Source: an uncultured virus (IMG/VR IMGVR_UViG_3300027832_000011) (taxonomy: Duplodnaviria > Heunggongvirae > Uroviricota > Caudoviricetes). Taken from it: a DNA stretch of 20,000 nt. The stretch spans positions 56,018 through 76,017 of IMG/VR virus record IMGVR_UViG_3300027832_000011. One strand, written 5' to 3'. The stretch's first letter is position 1. Each line of letters opens with the position of its first letter. Below, in pieces: positions 19,595 through 20,000 of this stretch. Below the pieces are notes generated by a model. That model did no database searches. It was not told the DNA's origin and saw only the letters and a list, made by a program, of their open reading frames with translations. A program made the position numbers and the translations under genes.

Positions 19595-20000
19595 TTAAAT
19601 ATCTTCCTCCTCGAATTCATTATCGTTATTTGAGTTAAATGATGCCTTTATTTTACCATCACTATAACCAGAATCAACATCGTTTTTAGTTAAGACATAC
19701 TCTTTAGGTTTATTTTCCTCTTTATTACCCATAACATCGTAAGTACCTTCTTTATCAAACCAATAATCAGTAAGTTTTTGATTATAAGGGTAAGAACTTA
19801 AAGACCTCATTTCCAATTTTTCTTGGTCAGTAGGTAATCTTTTCTCCATTTCAGCACTAAGACCTTCAATTCTATTTGATATATTATCTATATTAGATAT
19901 CTTATTTGTTAATTCATCAAATTGGTTCATTAACATATCAATCTTTTGATTAGATTGTTGGGCTAACATTTTAGCATCCTCAGTACCTTGAACTAATTGG
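19595..20000 (-). CDS. Hypothetical coiled-coil protein; partial, starts beyond the right edge
   Basis: The frame stays open upstream of the track's Met at 19969 (...QLVQGTEDAKMLAQQ...). Heptad-like segment followed by an acidic tail. Confidence 0.8.
   Translation of the reverse strand, partial: QLVQGTEDAKMLAQQSNQKIDMLMNQFDELTNKISNIDNISNRIEGLSAEMEKRLPTDQEKLEMRSLSSYPYNQKLTDYWFDKEGTYDVMGNKEENKPKEYVLTKNDVDSGYSDGKIKASFNSNNDNEFEEEDI

Overview
AT-rich segment of a large (jumbo-type) tailed phage with a contractile-tail baseplate. All real genes lie on the minus strand. In the direction of transcription (right to left) there is a replication/recombination block (gp32-like ssDNA-binding protein, RecA/UvsX-like recombinase, 5'-3' exonuclease, a hypothetical protein, DnaB/gp41-like helicase), then class Ia ribonucleotide reductase (nrdB, nrdA), a bidirectional terminator, and a virion block (gp25-like and gp6/J-like baseplate wedge proteins, a small membrane protein, a 1251-aa protein with SprB-like repeats, three hypothetical proteins). 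The main finding is a fractured, doubly intein-invaded helicase. A 356-aa Ala-initiated class 3 intein with a LAGLIDADG domain sits in Walker A, and a naturally split intein (90-aa IntN ending one ORF, 47-aa IntC starting the next, gp41-8-like) would have to splice in trans to give a 461-aa helicase. A TTG-N20-TAnnTTTG promoter, A-rich leaders without Shine-Dalgarno motifs and SprB-like repeats point to a Bacteroidota host. All family assignments come from motif recognition by eye; no database search was run.
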